From contig MU058844.1 of NCBI GenBank assembly GCA_013265495.1, positions 7,935,260-7,999,259 of the forward strand: 64,000 nt of DNA. Reading direction: 5' to 3'. The notes beneath the pieces were generated by a model, which worked only from the letters and a program-made list of their open reading frames with translations, was not told the DNA's origin and did no database searches. Positions within the stretch are counted from its first letter, which is position 1, and every line of letters begins with the position of its first letter. This document shows positions 1-13,225 of the stretch, piece after piece. The stretch comes from Vicugna vicugna. Taxonomy: Eukaryota. The translations under genes and the position numbers were made by a program.

Positions 1-1005
1 TAAAGTCTTTCTATTCTTCCAAATTAAGAATAATCTATAAACTTTGGAAATGAGTGGGTCAGATCAAAATCAATTTTTTACTTTTTAAAAGGGTTTTTGG
101 CAAACTGCTCAGAGCGAGCCAGCAGAAGCCCTAACAGAGCAGAGTGTGAATTTCAATTAGGCTTGACATTCAGATGTCAGTGGCGACAGCCATGCTAACC
201 CTTTTGAGACAAAACCAAGATGAAAAAAACAAATCTTACTAAAAACCAAAATCTTAATACAACAAACTAAAAGACCTTTCACAAAATTTATGACCAAAAA
301 AAAAAAAAATTTCCCAAAACCACAAGCACTGCAGCGCTCCCAATTCAGAAATGACAGTTCTCTGTAGTCATGTTTTGACTATAGTCATATTTTGAATAAA
401 GCATCTTGGGAAAAAGATTTGCCAAACTGTACCTACAGCAAGGGACTACAACACAAGAAATCTGGTCATGGTGAGGCAAATTCTGACAATAACAGAAATG
501 ATTCATTCTGATTCTCAGTTTCAGCACAGTATTTGTGTTTCTGCAATAACTTTGAATAAAACAAAACAGACAGAGGTGACAAGCAGGACACAAAGCTGTA
601 TTAAGGGAGCAGTTTCAGCTTGTCAGTGCCACATTTTATCCTGTGTGCTGAAGCCTTCTCTCCTACATCTGTCCCATTCCAGCGGGTGTTACAAGAATGT
701 TCATTTAACTTTTATGATGGGCGTGATTGCCACATTGTGGAGTGCTATTCATTTCTGTGGCAACCAAAATGCCAACAGCTGTGGTTTAGGGGACAGCAAA
801 CAGTGACTGTAACCAAGTCATTTCAAAGGTGGTGATTTCCAACACATTTTAAAGTGCGTCTACTAAATTAAGAACATGACCTCAGAAATTACTCCTCACT
901 GAAGATGATCCTGTTCCAAAGATAGGTGTTCCTGATGTCTTTAATTTCACAGGAAGTCTCTCATATGATCCAAAAGGAAAACCATGATCTCAGGCCACCT
1001 GAACT

Positions 1006-1177
1006 TCACTCACAGCTTTTTTGTTTTAATTTTCATTGTTTTACTTTTTATTTTTTTTATTGAATGAAAGATTGTTGAAATTCTATGGTACTTTACAATT
1101 TTCAAAAGTTTCATAGACATGATTTCATATAATCTCATAATAACCCTATTTCTCGCTACCCCTCACTCACAGCTTTT
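1006..1177 (-). mobile_element. Short retrotransposed insertion (~140 bp) with degenerate poly(A) tail and 15-bp target-site duplication
   Basis: TCACTCACAGCTTTT at 1006-1020 and 1163-1177; T-rich tract 1021-1061; body resembles a MIR fragment. Confidence 0.75.
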
Positions 1178-4100
1178 ATAAAACGCAGTCACTATACTGT
1201 TGAACTTGACCTGCAACAAGTACCTAGCTCATCACTTGAAGGAAAACTACTAGATAAAAGTTCTACCTTCGCTAGAAAATATATGATGACATAAAGTGCA
1301 TGCAGAGTAGAAAAATGAAAATAAGTAGAAGTTATTGAAGGTTAAAAACCTGGAAGGAGAGAAGTTTAGAAAAAGACCTGCACAACAGACAAACATTATC
1401 TCCCTCGAACACCCAAGAGCTGTCTTCCCTTACTAATCCAGAGAGCTGCTGCAAAACCCCACAGCACCTTGTTCTCTTCTTTAAACCAAATTCCTTGCCT
1501 ATTTCTAGTCCAAATATGATTTCAGCAACATAATTCACTCTACACTTTTTTCATTTCTTTTTAGCATGAAGGGGCAGGAGAAACATGTGCGGTATGCTTT
1601 CTCGATCACAGTCATATTACGCAGAAGGATTTCCAGCTGTACAAGAATCCAAATGCGTGTGTGTGAAGCGTGAGTCTGAATATATCTGATGCTCATTTCA
1701 AAAAGTTCATACATGTCACTGCAATAATCACATTGTTATTAAAATACATTTCAGGGATATGTTGGAAATTGAGATTTGGGCTTATGGGAATTAAGAACTC
1801 AACTGTCATGGAAAACAGAAGTAGAGCTGTTTTTTTTTTTTTTTGGCTGGCCTTTTTTTTTGCTATGCAAATTGATCTGATCAAAAAATACAATACACTA
1901 AGAAGTATAGACATACCGCATTGACAAAATCAAAGCTGTGCTGGAATAAAGACTTGACAGAGGCCACCACAATCAACTTCAGGAAATTATTTCTAACCTA
2001 TGTACATCACTTCTCTAATTGACTTCTGTTTGCCAATAAATAGCTTTGATCTGAGGGAGGTCAACTGAGAGATACTAGTTTGCATGTTGTGGAAATGAAA
2101 AATGTGTTCCTGAATAGGATTAACTGAAAATATTCATTTTTTTATTATGGAAATGAGCATGTCAGAGACCTCAAAACAGGGGATTGAAATGAAATTTAGG
2201 TTAGGTGTACACACTCGAAAGATGGGTGAGACTTTTTTTTCCCTCTCATGAAGCAGATGGGGACCCTAGTGTGAATGAGCAGGATTCATGCAAGGGTGGC
2301 AATGTCACTCAGAGCAATCACATTAGCAACATGACATGAGAAGACAGCAACTGTCCACCCATAGAATGAATAGGAAAAAACGTCTCCCTGAGAGAATTCC
2401 CTGCAGGCTTCATGCACGCAGCAAGCGGAAAGCTCTGGGAACGCTCTGAGCTAGGATGACCAGATCAAACGTAACAGGCAGAAGCAGAGCAACCCCTCCA
2501 GAAACTGTAACTCTTTCCAGGTACTAAAAATCAAATGTAAACACACTGTCTGATGCATGGCATTCTATTTGCACTTTCACAGGGCCAAGACTTTGTTGAT
2601 ACATGCTTGGAAAAATAATGATGCAAGGTCTTCACACATCATTTCAGAAAATATCCCATCAGGACACACCAATCACGGGGAAGCCATGCTTTACTCCAGG
2701 CCACTACACTTGCCAAAGTGTCACACCTGCTGAAAATGTAGAAATAAACATGGCTCGTGTGTAGCTAACCTTATGGCAAATCAAGGGAGGGTTAATGTCA
2801 GAACTTCTGCCATTCACATGGTCTAAGCTCAAGTCTCCCCCTCAAGATCGTTACATTCGATTGTGCACTTTGCCTTTATTTCTAAAATGTTCAGATCTGA
2901 AATCATCACATTCAGATTGCACCTCATAAACTTAAAGCCTGTACAGTCAGCACATTACAGGAAGGTTTTAAAGACTGCCTTGATGACATTCCTCTGCATA
3001 ACAGCTTCCAAAATTGTCTATAAAACAGAGTTTGTACTGCCTTGACCTACTCTACCAACTTCTTATCTTTCTGAGCAACTCTGTTTGAAAGTGCTACACA
3101 CTTAGTTTTGTGCCTCCCTTCCTTGATTCCTTGATCTACCCTATTAATATAAAACAAGCAAGCAAGCAAGCAAATGACAAGCAATCAATAAAGCAATCTC
3201 ACAGACCAAGAGTCCAAGCAACTGCTAGCCTCAAATGTATTTATTGAGTACTTATTCACCCATACTCACAAACAACAACCACAACAAGACCTGAACAGGA
3301 AGGCAAAACAAAATAAATGATTCCGAAGATTAATTCTCATATTCCAACTCTGATTTCTTTTAGACTCACCTTCAATACTGAGTTAGGGAACCACAATGAT
3401 TATGGGATACATGTCAAATACGTTTTTACAAGATCATCAAGTAATAAATTTTTACCTACTCAAAAAATGTAATTTTGTATTGATGATGCAACAGCCTTGA
3501 ATAGAGATCTGATATTTGACTACAGAAAAACTTGGCTACATATCCCCTCTACCACCTATGATTCATGTCTGAACAAACAAAATGAACTTCTTTAGAAGTA
3601 CAAGAAAGGCACAATTTCTCAATTCTTGAATGTAAGAAACCAGAGGCAAGACCCTGTTCTGCTATTACACATTAGCTATGCTTGAAACAAAGTATGTTAT
3701 GAATATTTCGCTAACTATCTAATTAAATTGGAGGCCATTTGTCTCATAAATGCTGAACGTCCATTACATATAATAACTAAATCCAATTTCAGTATCTTGA
3801 AATGGCTCATAGAAATTAAGCTACGCTTTAATGCCTGTAATTTAACACTTTTATTTATGTCAGGCAAAGACAAAAGTTTAAGAACTTTGTTAACTTCTTG
3901 GGTCAAGAGAAGTAGAAATTAAGCAGTAATTAGAAAGGCAATATTCTGAGAAAGTTAAGCCCTGGAGGCTAAGTGAGCATGACCACATCCAGCACCAACT
4001 GAAAGCGCAATCAATGTCCAGCAGAGAAACAGGGGGGCGTGTGGCTGACGTGCAGGTCTACTTAACTCTAGCACCTGGAGAACCACAGGAGGACAGGAAT

Positions 4101-4364
4101 CATGGCCATCCCAACAAGAGGATCAATGTATTAAGGCATCTCTTAGGAAATAAACGGGGTTTAGGGAGGATGAAAAGAAAATCTGGAACAATGAAATAAT
4201 TTCAATTTTAATAACAAAGTCACTGAAGGAGCATTCTGTAGGCTGCAAGTGGCTGCAATCTTTCTCCTGCAGTTAGTTCTATGACTATAATTTCTAAAAT
4301 ACATAGGAGTTCTTCAGTGATCTCATTCATTGTAGCCAATTTTCTTTCCTTTTTAATGTAAATT

Positions 4365-6760
4365 TGTTCATTCACTTATTCATTCATCTCATCACTGGGC
4401 ACCCACATTGGGGATTCGGTAGTACACAAAAAAGTTCAAAATCCCAGGCCTCACAGAATAAAAAATAAGTAAAATATATAGCGTGTTGTATTTTGATATA
4501 TGATAGGATAAAAAAATATAGCAAAGAAAAGGTTTAAGGAATGCACATAAGGAGAGAGGTCAACAAACTATGGTCTGTTGGTTGTCTAGATGATACATTT
4601 TCAAATGGTTTAAAACCCTCACATGGAAGACAAATACATCACGATACATGAAAATTACAAAAAATTCACATTTCAAGGCCTACAAATAAAATTTATTGGA
4701 ATGTAGCCACATTCACTCATGTATGGATTATCTATAGCTGCCTGCATGCTATGGCATGCAAAGACCTGAGTAGTTGCAACAAAGACATAACTGCAAAGCC
4801 TAAAATATTTTATCATCTGGTCCACTGCAACCAAAGTCTGCCAAATTCTGGTTTACAATATAAACAGGGAGCTCACAAAAGGTCTCTGGAGAAGATGGCA
4901 CTAGACTGAGGAACTGGAGGAGGAGGCTTCTCAAGGGGTGATGTGATCTGACTTATGCTTGGAATGCTGTATTGAAAGGAAACTCGTGAAGAAGGGGTCA
5001 AGTTCAGTGAGGTTGAAGTCTTTGACAAGGATAGCTGCAGTGGAAGTTGGCTTGTGCGACCAGAAGAATGAAATGACTTACTACAGTGGAAAAGACCATA
5101 TGAGAAGAAGGTGTAGGAAGATGATCAAGAGGTCAGTTTGGAACCAGTAGCTTGAGGAGTCCCTGCAAGTGGAGATACTAAGAAGACACTGGATAGATTA
5201 GTCTGGAGTGCAAAGAAGAGATATCAGCCTGAGATGTAAGTTAGGAAGTCATCATGGCTTTAAATACTATTTAAATACTTTAGTATTTAAAGCCATGAGA
5301 GAAGATGAGATCCCTGATAGAGGGAGTGTACAGAGAAGAGTCAAGAGGCCCAAGAAAAGACGGGAATTTCAAGGTTAAGAGATTGGATGGTTGGGAAGGA
5401 ACCAGCCAAGGAGATGACAGATATGAGGGATCTGAGTTAAGAGGCAGCAGACAGAGGGTGTGATGGTAAGAAAGTATTTCCAGGAGAAATGAGTAATTAT
5501 CTATGTCAGAGGAGACTGATAGGACAAGTAAAATTAGAACTGAGAACAAACGGATTTAACAGTATTGTGTGTTGTTCCAGTAACTTTGACAAGAGCAGTT
5601 TTGGTGACGTCATTGGGGAAAAAGCCTGTTTGGAGTAGGTCCAAATGAAAATGGAAAGTTTTGCTATAAAGGGAAGGAGGGAAATGAAGCGGTAGCTGGA
5701 GGCACAAATGGGCTTGAGAGGCTTTTTGTTTTTCAGTTTTGGGAGACATCACATCTTGTGTAAATGCTGATGGGAAAAATCTGGTAGGGAGAAAATGTTT
5801 AATTTAAAAGTGTCAGAGATACAGAAACAGAAAAACAGAGGAAGAAGGAGAGACAGAGGAAGAGGATTCACGTTCTTTAGTCGAGAATAGAGGCATCTAG
5901 TGAAGAAATGAAGAGGTTGGTTTGAGCTAGAAGCATGGACAGTTTAACCATAACAACGGGAGGAAAGGTAGCATTTAAAGGCACAGATGCTAACAGATGG
6001 CTAGATTTGGTGACGGAATCCTCTGGAAGTTCTCTCTCATTGCCTTTAAATTCTCAGTGAAAGAGGAAGCAAGGCCATCAGCTGAGTGTGATGACGGAGG
6101 AAGAGCTGTTGGAAATTTTAGGTGAGACAGTAAAATATGAACAGAAAAATGCCTAGAAAAATGTCAGACAGAATAGACTAGAAAATTCTAGCATGTTTGC
6201 CACCCGGCACTGAGGTCTCACTTTGAAGTTGCAGTACTGAGCTTAAAGTGAGTTCTCTTTTTCTCTAGCTATGTTTAGCTTTAAGATGCAGACCTGGAAT
6301 AGGCAGGGATGGATTTAACCAGGTGGTGATGGGGCCCCACAAGTACGAAGGCAAAAAGAAGCAAAGGGGTTGAGACTGCCTGCAAGGGCGTGATAATGAT
6401 TGACCTTGAACTTTAATCCCAGCAAGGAGGAGTGCGAGGTATAATGGTCAAGAATATTGAAGCACTGGTGATTTCCAGGGGGTGGCTGAGGCATTTGGGA
6501 AGCTGGTGCCAGAGCTAGAGACTGTAGGCAGGTAGTGCACTGTCTGAAATAAGATCATGGAGGCAGAGAAAACAGCAACAGGGTCAGAGGGCTCTCTTGA
6601 GAGACCACAGTTAATAAAATATTTCAAGAGTTGGGGAGTGATGGGTGATGTAGATGAAACACATATACCCAGAGGCTTATGGGAATTTGATCCTGGAAAT
6701 AAGAGATGACCTGTGAGAACTGGGCGTTCTGGGGGTGACTTCTGTGAACAGGTATAGAAA
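4365..6760 (-). mobile_element. L2 LINE remnant (long, with degenerate RT), interrupted by MER58
   Basis: ATTCATTCAT-like 3' end near 4370. Minus-strand ORFs give LLQTGFFPNDVTKTALVKVT and FSVLILLVLSVSSDIDNYSFLLEILS, matching L2/CR1-clade RT motifs (QSGFR..STETAL; ILLDLSAAFDTVDH). Confidence 0.8.
4555..4851. mobile_element. MER58(B)-like hAT-Charlie DNA transposon
   Basis: Ends AGAGGTCAACAAACTATGG...AAAGTCTGCCAAATTCTG; internal AATAAAATTTATTGGAATGTAGCCAC and TGAGTAGTTGCAAC typical of MER58. Confidence 0.75.
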
Positions 6761-7112
6761 ACACGACTGAGATTAGTCCTGATGGTACCAAACGGAAAAA
6801 AAAATGACACAAGAATTTTACTAACAAATATTAGCAAAAAAGGGGCGTGCATTAGGATAATTTTGTTAGTAAAGTTAATTTTTTTAAAGATAATCTCTAC
6901 TAGTTAACACCTAACTTTAAGCACTAAATGGGCTGTTACTTGAGCCTCTGCAACTTTCATCAAAAAGTAAGCATGGCACCAAAAGTATGCCCTAAGATGT
7001 TTCTAATAACTAATGAATACATTTCTTAATTTTATTATCAGATTGCTCTAGCAGCCTTGTATTTCAAGTTCTTAATCTTAATTTTCCATGTACTTCAGTA
7101 GCTGGCTAAAAC

Positions 7113-7611
7113 TGTAATAGGGAAGAACAAATCTGACTCCATATTAGATCCGTTCCTTCAGCTTTATTTCCCATACTTAGTCATGCTGGCTCGCACCTTT
7201 GGTAAAAGAAGGTTGCCTGTAGCCTGAAATAAACAGGATAGCCCATTCTCAAGGCTCTGACCTTTAAGGGTATTAACACTTTTCCATTCATATGACAAGT
7301 TGCAGAATAGAAAATAACATTTGTTTGGTTGGAGGTTTACAGGGACATCATGACCTGACCCACATGGACAGCTGCAAGAACAAAGGATTCCAAAACCAAG
7401 AAGTTTGCAGTGACTAGCCACAGCCCCTCCCCTTTTTAGTATAGAAGCAGCCTGAACTCCGGCTTGGGGAAGATGGTTCTCCAGGACACAGTCTGCCATC
7501 TTCTTGGTCTGCAGCTTTCCGAATAAAGTCATTATTCCTTGCTCTAATACCTCATCTCCCGATTTACTGACTTGTCATGTGGCGAGTAGGATAAGTTTGG
7601 ACTCAGTAACA
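7113..7611 (+). mobile_element. Solo LTR of ERV1 class (MER41-like artiodactyl LTR, tentative)
   Basis: TGTAAT...GTAACA termini, 499 bp; 4-bp flanks AAAC/AAAT; TATA-like TAGTATAGAA ~7438; AATAAA 7522-7527. Confidence 0.8.
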
Positions 7612-10394
7612 AAATCAGTATTCTCCAGGGAGGATTTGTGTCTGTCTCTGCAACTAGCCAGAGAACACCACCACCTAAAACACTACATTTCTCCTGGAGG
7701 GTGTTGACCCCATCACAGGCCCTGCTCCACCATACTGGCACAGGCACAAGGCTCATTAATGGGAAGGCAGGACTGCTACTGGCCTCCATGCAGAAGAGAG
7801 CCCTGCTTCTCCAGGTGACTCACCACTTAGAATCTCAGTTTGAAGATGTTTTCTTTCACCCCTCCCCTACTTTAAAGGGTGGTTCTTACCTCTCTCTTAA
7901 AAGCCCAAGAGCATCTCAGAAGGAAAAGATTATTCCATCCTCTACCAGGAGAGAGATTCTCTGTACTCTGCTGGACTGACCAAAGTTGAAGTCTTTGTGA
8001 TGACAAAAGTCATTGAAATTTCAACAGTTATAAGAATTGGCTTCAAAATTCCCAGGAGATGAAGAGTTAGTCAACAACCCCCAATTTGGAGTCTGCATTT
8101 TGTGCAGAAGACCACTGAGACTAAGAGGGGGAGTTAAGAGTAAAGTGGATCTTTTTCTCAAAATGTTTTCAAACTCAAAGGAAAGGAGGATGTGGCAAAT
8201 ACAGATGAGGAACATAAACAAATAAATGCGTACAGACAGCTCATGAAACACGCTGACATCCTCCTGAAATGTTATCCACTTTTGGCGGTACTCCACTTTG
8301 TTTAGCTTACAATTGAGAACCACTACACAACCCACAGTTTATGTATCAGAAGTATGCAGTGCTTTTCTCACAGAGAACGCTGACTGATTTGCATTTTGAC
8401 ACAGCCTTTTTCTTATATTTCAGTTTGATGTCATGTCAGCAGAGCAATTCTACTTCTGGCCAAGATAGAGTCTAATTTCATCCCCACAAAAAATGAGAAC
8501 GAAGGAATTTGCTTTCCTTCAGCAGTTCTCTCCCTTTATCTTTAAGCAGCAAATGAGATTAGTGACCATATATATTTTGTTCCTTTCTTCACTTATAGAG
8601 AGTATAATGTGGTTAACTTTCCATGCTGCCAGGACTGATGTTCACAGGATGGATGGGGACTCAATGTGCTTACTTGCCTTGCTGTCTACTCAAAATCAAA
8701 CTTTTTCTCACATGGTCACAAATGCACCTATAGGAGTATCTGCACCCCACGGGCCTGAAAGTGGCAAAGGTCTACCCAGTTGTAAGGAGCTGATGTCAAT
8801 ATGTAAGCTGGTTATGTATGCATGACTGTCTTTCAAATTTAGTATTTTGGAATTATCTTTATAATATTAATTTGTTACCTGCTTTCTACATGCAATTTCC
8901 CTAGTGAAAACAATGTTAGTCAGTTGTTAACTTGATAAATCACTTTCATTCTCAGTGTAATCATTTGGTCAATATGCATTGTACACAAAGGCCCTAGGTC
9001 TTCCTTAGTTTTAGTGTCTTAATGGGTCCAAAAGTCTGTCTTCCATTGTTTATACTATAGGTATCTTACTCTTTTATGTGTGCTATTTTTAAATCTTTCA
9101 AAGCACACATGCTTACACAGTCTCACTGGTTCCTTGTAAGTGACCAGAGAGATCTAGATCCTGAAGGATTAAGGTGTTTGCAGTAACACAGCCAGTGATC
9201 AGTACTGCTGGGTCCAAAACCCAAATCTCTCCACTCTCTTCCCACTTCTCTTTCCACTCCACTATTTCAATTGATTATGATGGTACTACGATGATTGTTT
9301 TCATTCTGGGAAACACGGACGGTGATTCACAATGTTTGTCACAAGCATTTGAACAGACTGGATTGATAACATCCTGTAACTATAGTGTAAGGACATAAGG
9401 CTAAGTGGAAGGACGGAGGGAATGAGAGACAGCGGTATTGACTGACACAGAAAGTCAGTCTGCACCAACATGAATTTCCTATGATTTTTCTGAAACATAC
9501 TAAAAAGTATTTGAAGTTGATGAAATTATTCGGAATTTAACCTTCCTTTGTTGCTTGGTACTCTAAGAATAAAAATAAATCAATGTCTACTTGGAGAAAC
9601 GTAACATTTATATCTTTATAATTGGCCCACTGCTCACAAACTATAGGGTTAAAATTATAATGCTTAGATAGTTAAAAACAAGACACCGCTGTTCAAGATA
9701 ATTTAATCCCATCAAATATTCTATTGAAGTTTTATCTTTGAATGCAAAAATCATGTCATAAACAATCATGCTAAATGCCTGTTACTTTAATTTACTTGAT
9801 TTATAAATTTACTTTTCATTTATCAAGTTCTATTGAATGAAGACTGATCAAAAATGTGATCAATACTGTTTTTAGCTACCTACCAACGTACAGGGAAAAC
9901 TAAGATGGTAAGACATGAATTGTGAAGCAGTTCAGTAATAAAATAATTGTTAATCACTTAGAAGCATCTAGGATGTGCCGGTGGTGCCATGCTCACTTTC
10001 TGGAAGAGTCCAGAGGTTTTGCAATACTTACTTCAGTGTTTATTAGGTGGTAGAAGTGGAAAGATGACCTTACCGGCAGCTATTCTTGCTAGTATTTGCC
10101 AGTGGAAAAGAATACTGTTCTAGGTAAGGAAAATACAGAAGAGCCCCACATACATGACCTAGGTTAAGAAGCATTACAACAGGCTTTTTCTCCAATTTGT
10201 CTGACCTACACAGTTATATTTTGTTCAGCCAGATCGTTCTTACTGAAAATAACAAAAAGATCTCAGATTATAATGGTGTTAAGGTGTTAATAAATTAAAT
10301 CCTAAATCAGGAGGAACTGTTTTAAGACAAATATACCAAAACAGTATCTATGTCTATGTGTGTCTGTGTATATATATATAAAACGTCAAGTGAG

Positions 10395-10560
10395 AACAGG
10401 TCTGAGTTAGTAGTAGGAAGACTTAAACTTTAATTTTTACTTTGAGCTTTCCCTACCTATATGACTTTGGAAAAATTACCCAAAATTGCCGAGTCAGTTT
10501 GCTAACTGAAGAAAAGAACTGCAAAAATCGCTGCTGTTTCCATATTAGGTATTATGAGGA
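10395..10560 (+). mobile_element. MIR fragment
   Basis: Degenerate MIR core (ATGACTTTGGAAAAATTAC...CAGTTTGCTAACTG). Confidence 0.4.
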
Positions 10561-11552
10561 ACACTAAAGTAGGTATTAGAATAATTTACAAATGTCTAGA
10601 ACCCCACAGAACTATTAGATAATTATTTTACAGCATGTTACCAAAAGAAGAGCTGTAACACTTCAGTGGTAACATGCAAACTTCCAGATGGTACTGCCTT
10701 ACCAGAAAGACCTAGATCAAGGCTGACAATACATTATTTATAAGGGCAAGGTGACCCAAACTGGAAGAAAATCAACACTTTTCTTCTTTTAATTTGTGGG
10801 GGAAACATTTGTTTTGTAAATTCTTCACTTGAAGAAAAACAATAATAAACCTTGGAGAATCTCTCAGTCTGGCTTACTCTCAAGAGGCATCTGAGGAGAC
10901 ATAATTATTGGTGCACAGAACATATATACAAATACATTTCTTTTTCCTTCCTAATGCTGGAGGAATTCGGACTCTGGGATAAAGGAAAATATATTAATAG
11001 CAGCACAAGGAAATTCAGAACCGCATACGGTTAAACTTCAGCTCTAAATCACACGCGTACATTTAAAATCCAAAGTGCGGAAACTGTGTGGATGTTGTGC
11101 ACAGTAAGAATTTTATTAGAGAAAAAAGTGAAATTGAACTCATCTGTCTGCCTATGGGGTTGTTTCTATGTAGTCTGGAAATTTTCACTACTGTTATAAA
11201 TCTTGACCATAAATGCTAAGGAATAACACCTATGGTGTAAGAGAAAAAGAACAAAATTAAGCTTTTAATCAAGAAATTAGGAGCTCCCCGGGAAACAGCT
11301 GGGGAAGGCGGATATAACACATTTCATTCTTTCACAAAGTAGGAAACACTGAAAAAAATATTGAACCTTTATAGGAGGATAATGGCATTAAGAGAACCTG
11401 ATGATTATGGAGAAAAATCACTTTGAGAGATAGAAATAGATTTCTCTCTCTCTTAGTATAGCATATTCATGAAAAATTCATTAAACAGACATGACATATT
11501 CTAACTTATTCTAAATTCCTTAAAAGGGTGTAACATACCCTAATCTATCTGA

Positions 11553-11616
11553 TAGGTCATCTCAGTGGACATTTAGGCTCTTTCCACCTTCATGGCTATT
11601 AGAAACAATGCTGCAG
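11553..11616 (-). mobile_element. Short L1 fragment
   Basis: GTGGACATTTAGGCTCTTTCCACCTTCATGGCTATTAGAAACAATGCTGC is the reverse complement of the L1 ORF2-end/3' region. Confidence 0.6.
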
Positions 11617-11639
11617 CACAGATTAGATTATGGCATTTG

Positions 11640-12375
11640 ACACAGATTTTCAAGGATGAATTCATGGGGCCAGTGAGAAGAACAGGGCTGGACATACAGG
11701 CAGAAGACTTCCAAAGAACAAAAGGGTAAATAAAGAGCATGGAACTTCAGAACACAGTTGGGTTCCTGGATGGCAGTGATGCTGGAGGTGGCGGGTGAGG
11801 AGAGTAAAACGAGGTGACTGGGAATATTATGGTTGCAAGTAGTGGATAGTTTGGCACCCTTGCTATGGTGACCTCATTTTTTACATCTTTCGTTTCTGAT
11901 GAAACTGCTTAGAAAAATGACTTTGCTGCCGCCCCCCCAATATGTGGGAAAAGATGATCAGCAATGAGAAGTCAAAGATCATTTGTAACAGTCATTTGAA
12001 AGAAATGTGTTTTAGAAAGATGCAGCTCTTGTGGCTTGATTGGAGGGTGGATTTGAGGGACATGAGATACACGGCAGAGAGATCAGTTAGAGACCTCTTG
12101 AAAATGGCATGCCAGGAGCTATGGAACCCTAAGCCAAGGCAGTAAAAAGAGAGACAAAGAAGAAGTATTTCAGCAAGCCATTCTAGTTGTTATTTGATAG
12201 GATTTGGCGATTTCCTGGTGGAGGATGAAGGGAAAAGAAGAGAAAGGTAACAGTAACTTGGAAATTATTAGCTTGGCCACTTGAGTGGGTAAATGTAATA
12301 ACTAACATGAAGCCATGAGGAAGAGATGTTCTGGGATGGAAGGACAGAGTTCTTTATTCTGAATATGTCCATTTT
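11640..12375 (-). mobile_element. L2 remnant
   Basis: Purine-rich L2-like motifs (TGTGTTTTAGAAAGATG..TCTTGTGGCT; GAGATCAGTTAGAGAC; ATAGGATTTGGCGATT). Confidence 0.55.
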
Positions 12376-12384
12376 TGCCTTGTC

Positions 12385-13040
12385 TCTACACAGGACCAAA
12401 CCATCACCGCCTACAGCACAGACCACTGCAATGGCTGGTTAAGGATCTCTCTGCTTCCAGCTTGTCCTTACGATTCATTCTCCAAGCAGGAGCCCCAGAC
12501 ATCTCTGTAACACTTACATAAAATTATTTTACTCCCGCTTAAATTAACCAAGAGATTTCCTTCTGTGCTTAAAATAAAACCAGTGATTCCTGCCTACGCC
12601 TACTTAATCTCCACCCTCCACTCCTGCCCCTCTCCCCCTCTCGTATGCTCCCTCCACACGGGCTCTCTTCCGGCTCTAAGCTTCTTTCCATCTCATCTTC
12701 AGTCCTTTACACAAGCTGTTCCCCTTCTTTGCATGACTAGCTCTTTGGTATTTCAGTCCCAGATTATCTCCCATTTTTTAGAGAAACTAAACAGCGATGA
12801 TCCCCAACTACAGTATGTGCCCCTCCCCCAATTCTGTATTTTTTTATGGCTTATGCTTTATTTTTTCATAACATGCACCATTCACTAAATAATATTTCAT
12901 GTTTTCATGTCCTTTCCACCACCAGAATAAAAATCCTTTCGTAAATAGAAGGGACTTTATTTACCACATTCACTGTTCATTCCTAAGGTCTAGAGAGGTG
13001 CTACGAATAGATGTTCAATAAATATGTGGTAAATAAAAGA
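12385..13040 (+). mobile_element. L2 3' remnant
   Basis: CCAAACCATCACC...ACTGCAATGG...; ends TAGATGTTCAATAAATATGTGGTAAATAAA, typical of an L2 3' end. Confidence 0.65.
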
Positions 13041-13225
13041 ATAGATGCTGGGTCTGAAGTGCCCATCTCTGCATGATACTGATGTGCAGAGAGCTGGGAA
13101 GTAGTTTTGAGCCCTGGGGAACGAGAAAGCCTGGGGAGACAGCTAGAGGGAGTAGGTCCAGCTGTCCTACAACTGACATGTACCTTGTAGGCTCAGTCGT
13201 CACCTGTGTTTGCATATGTGAGACC

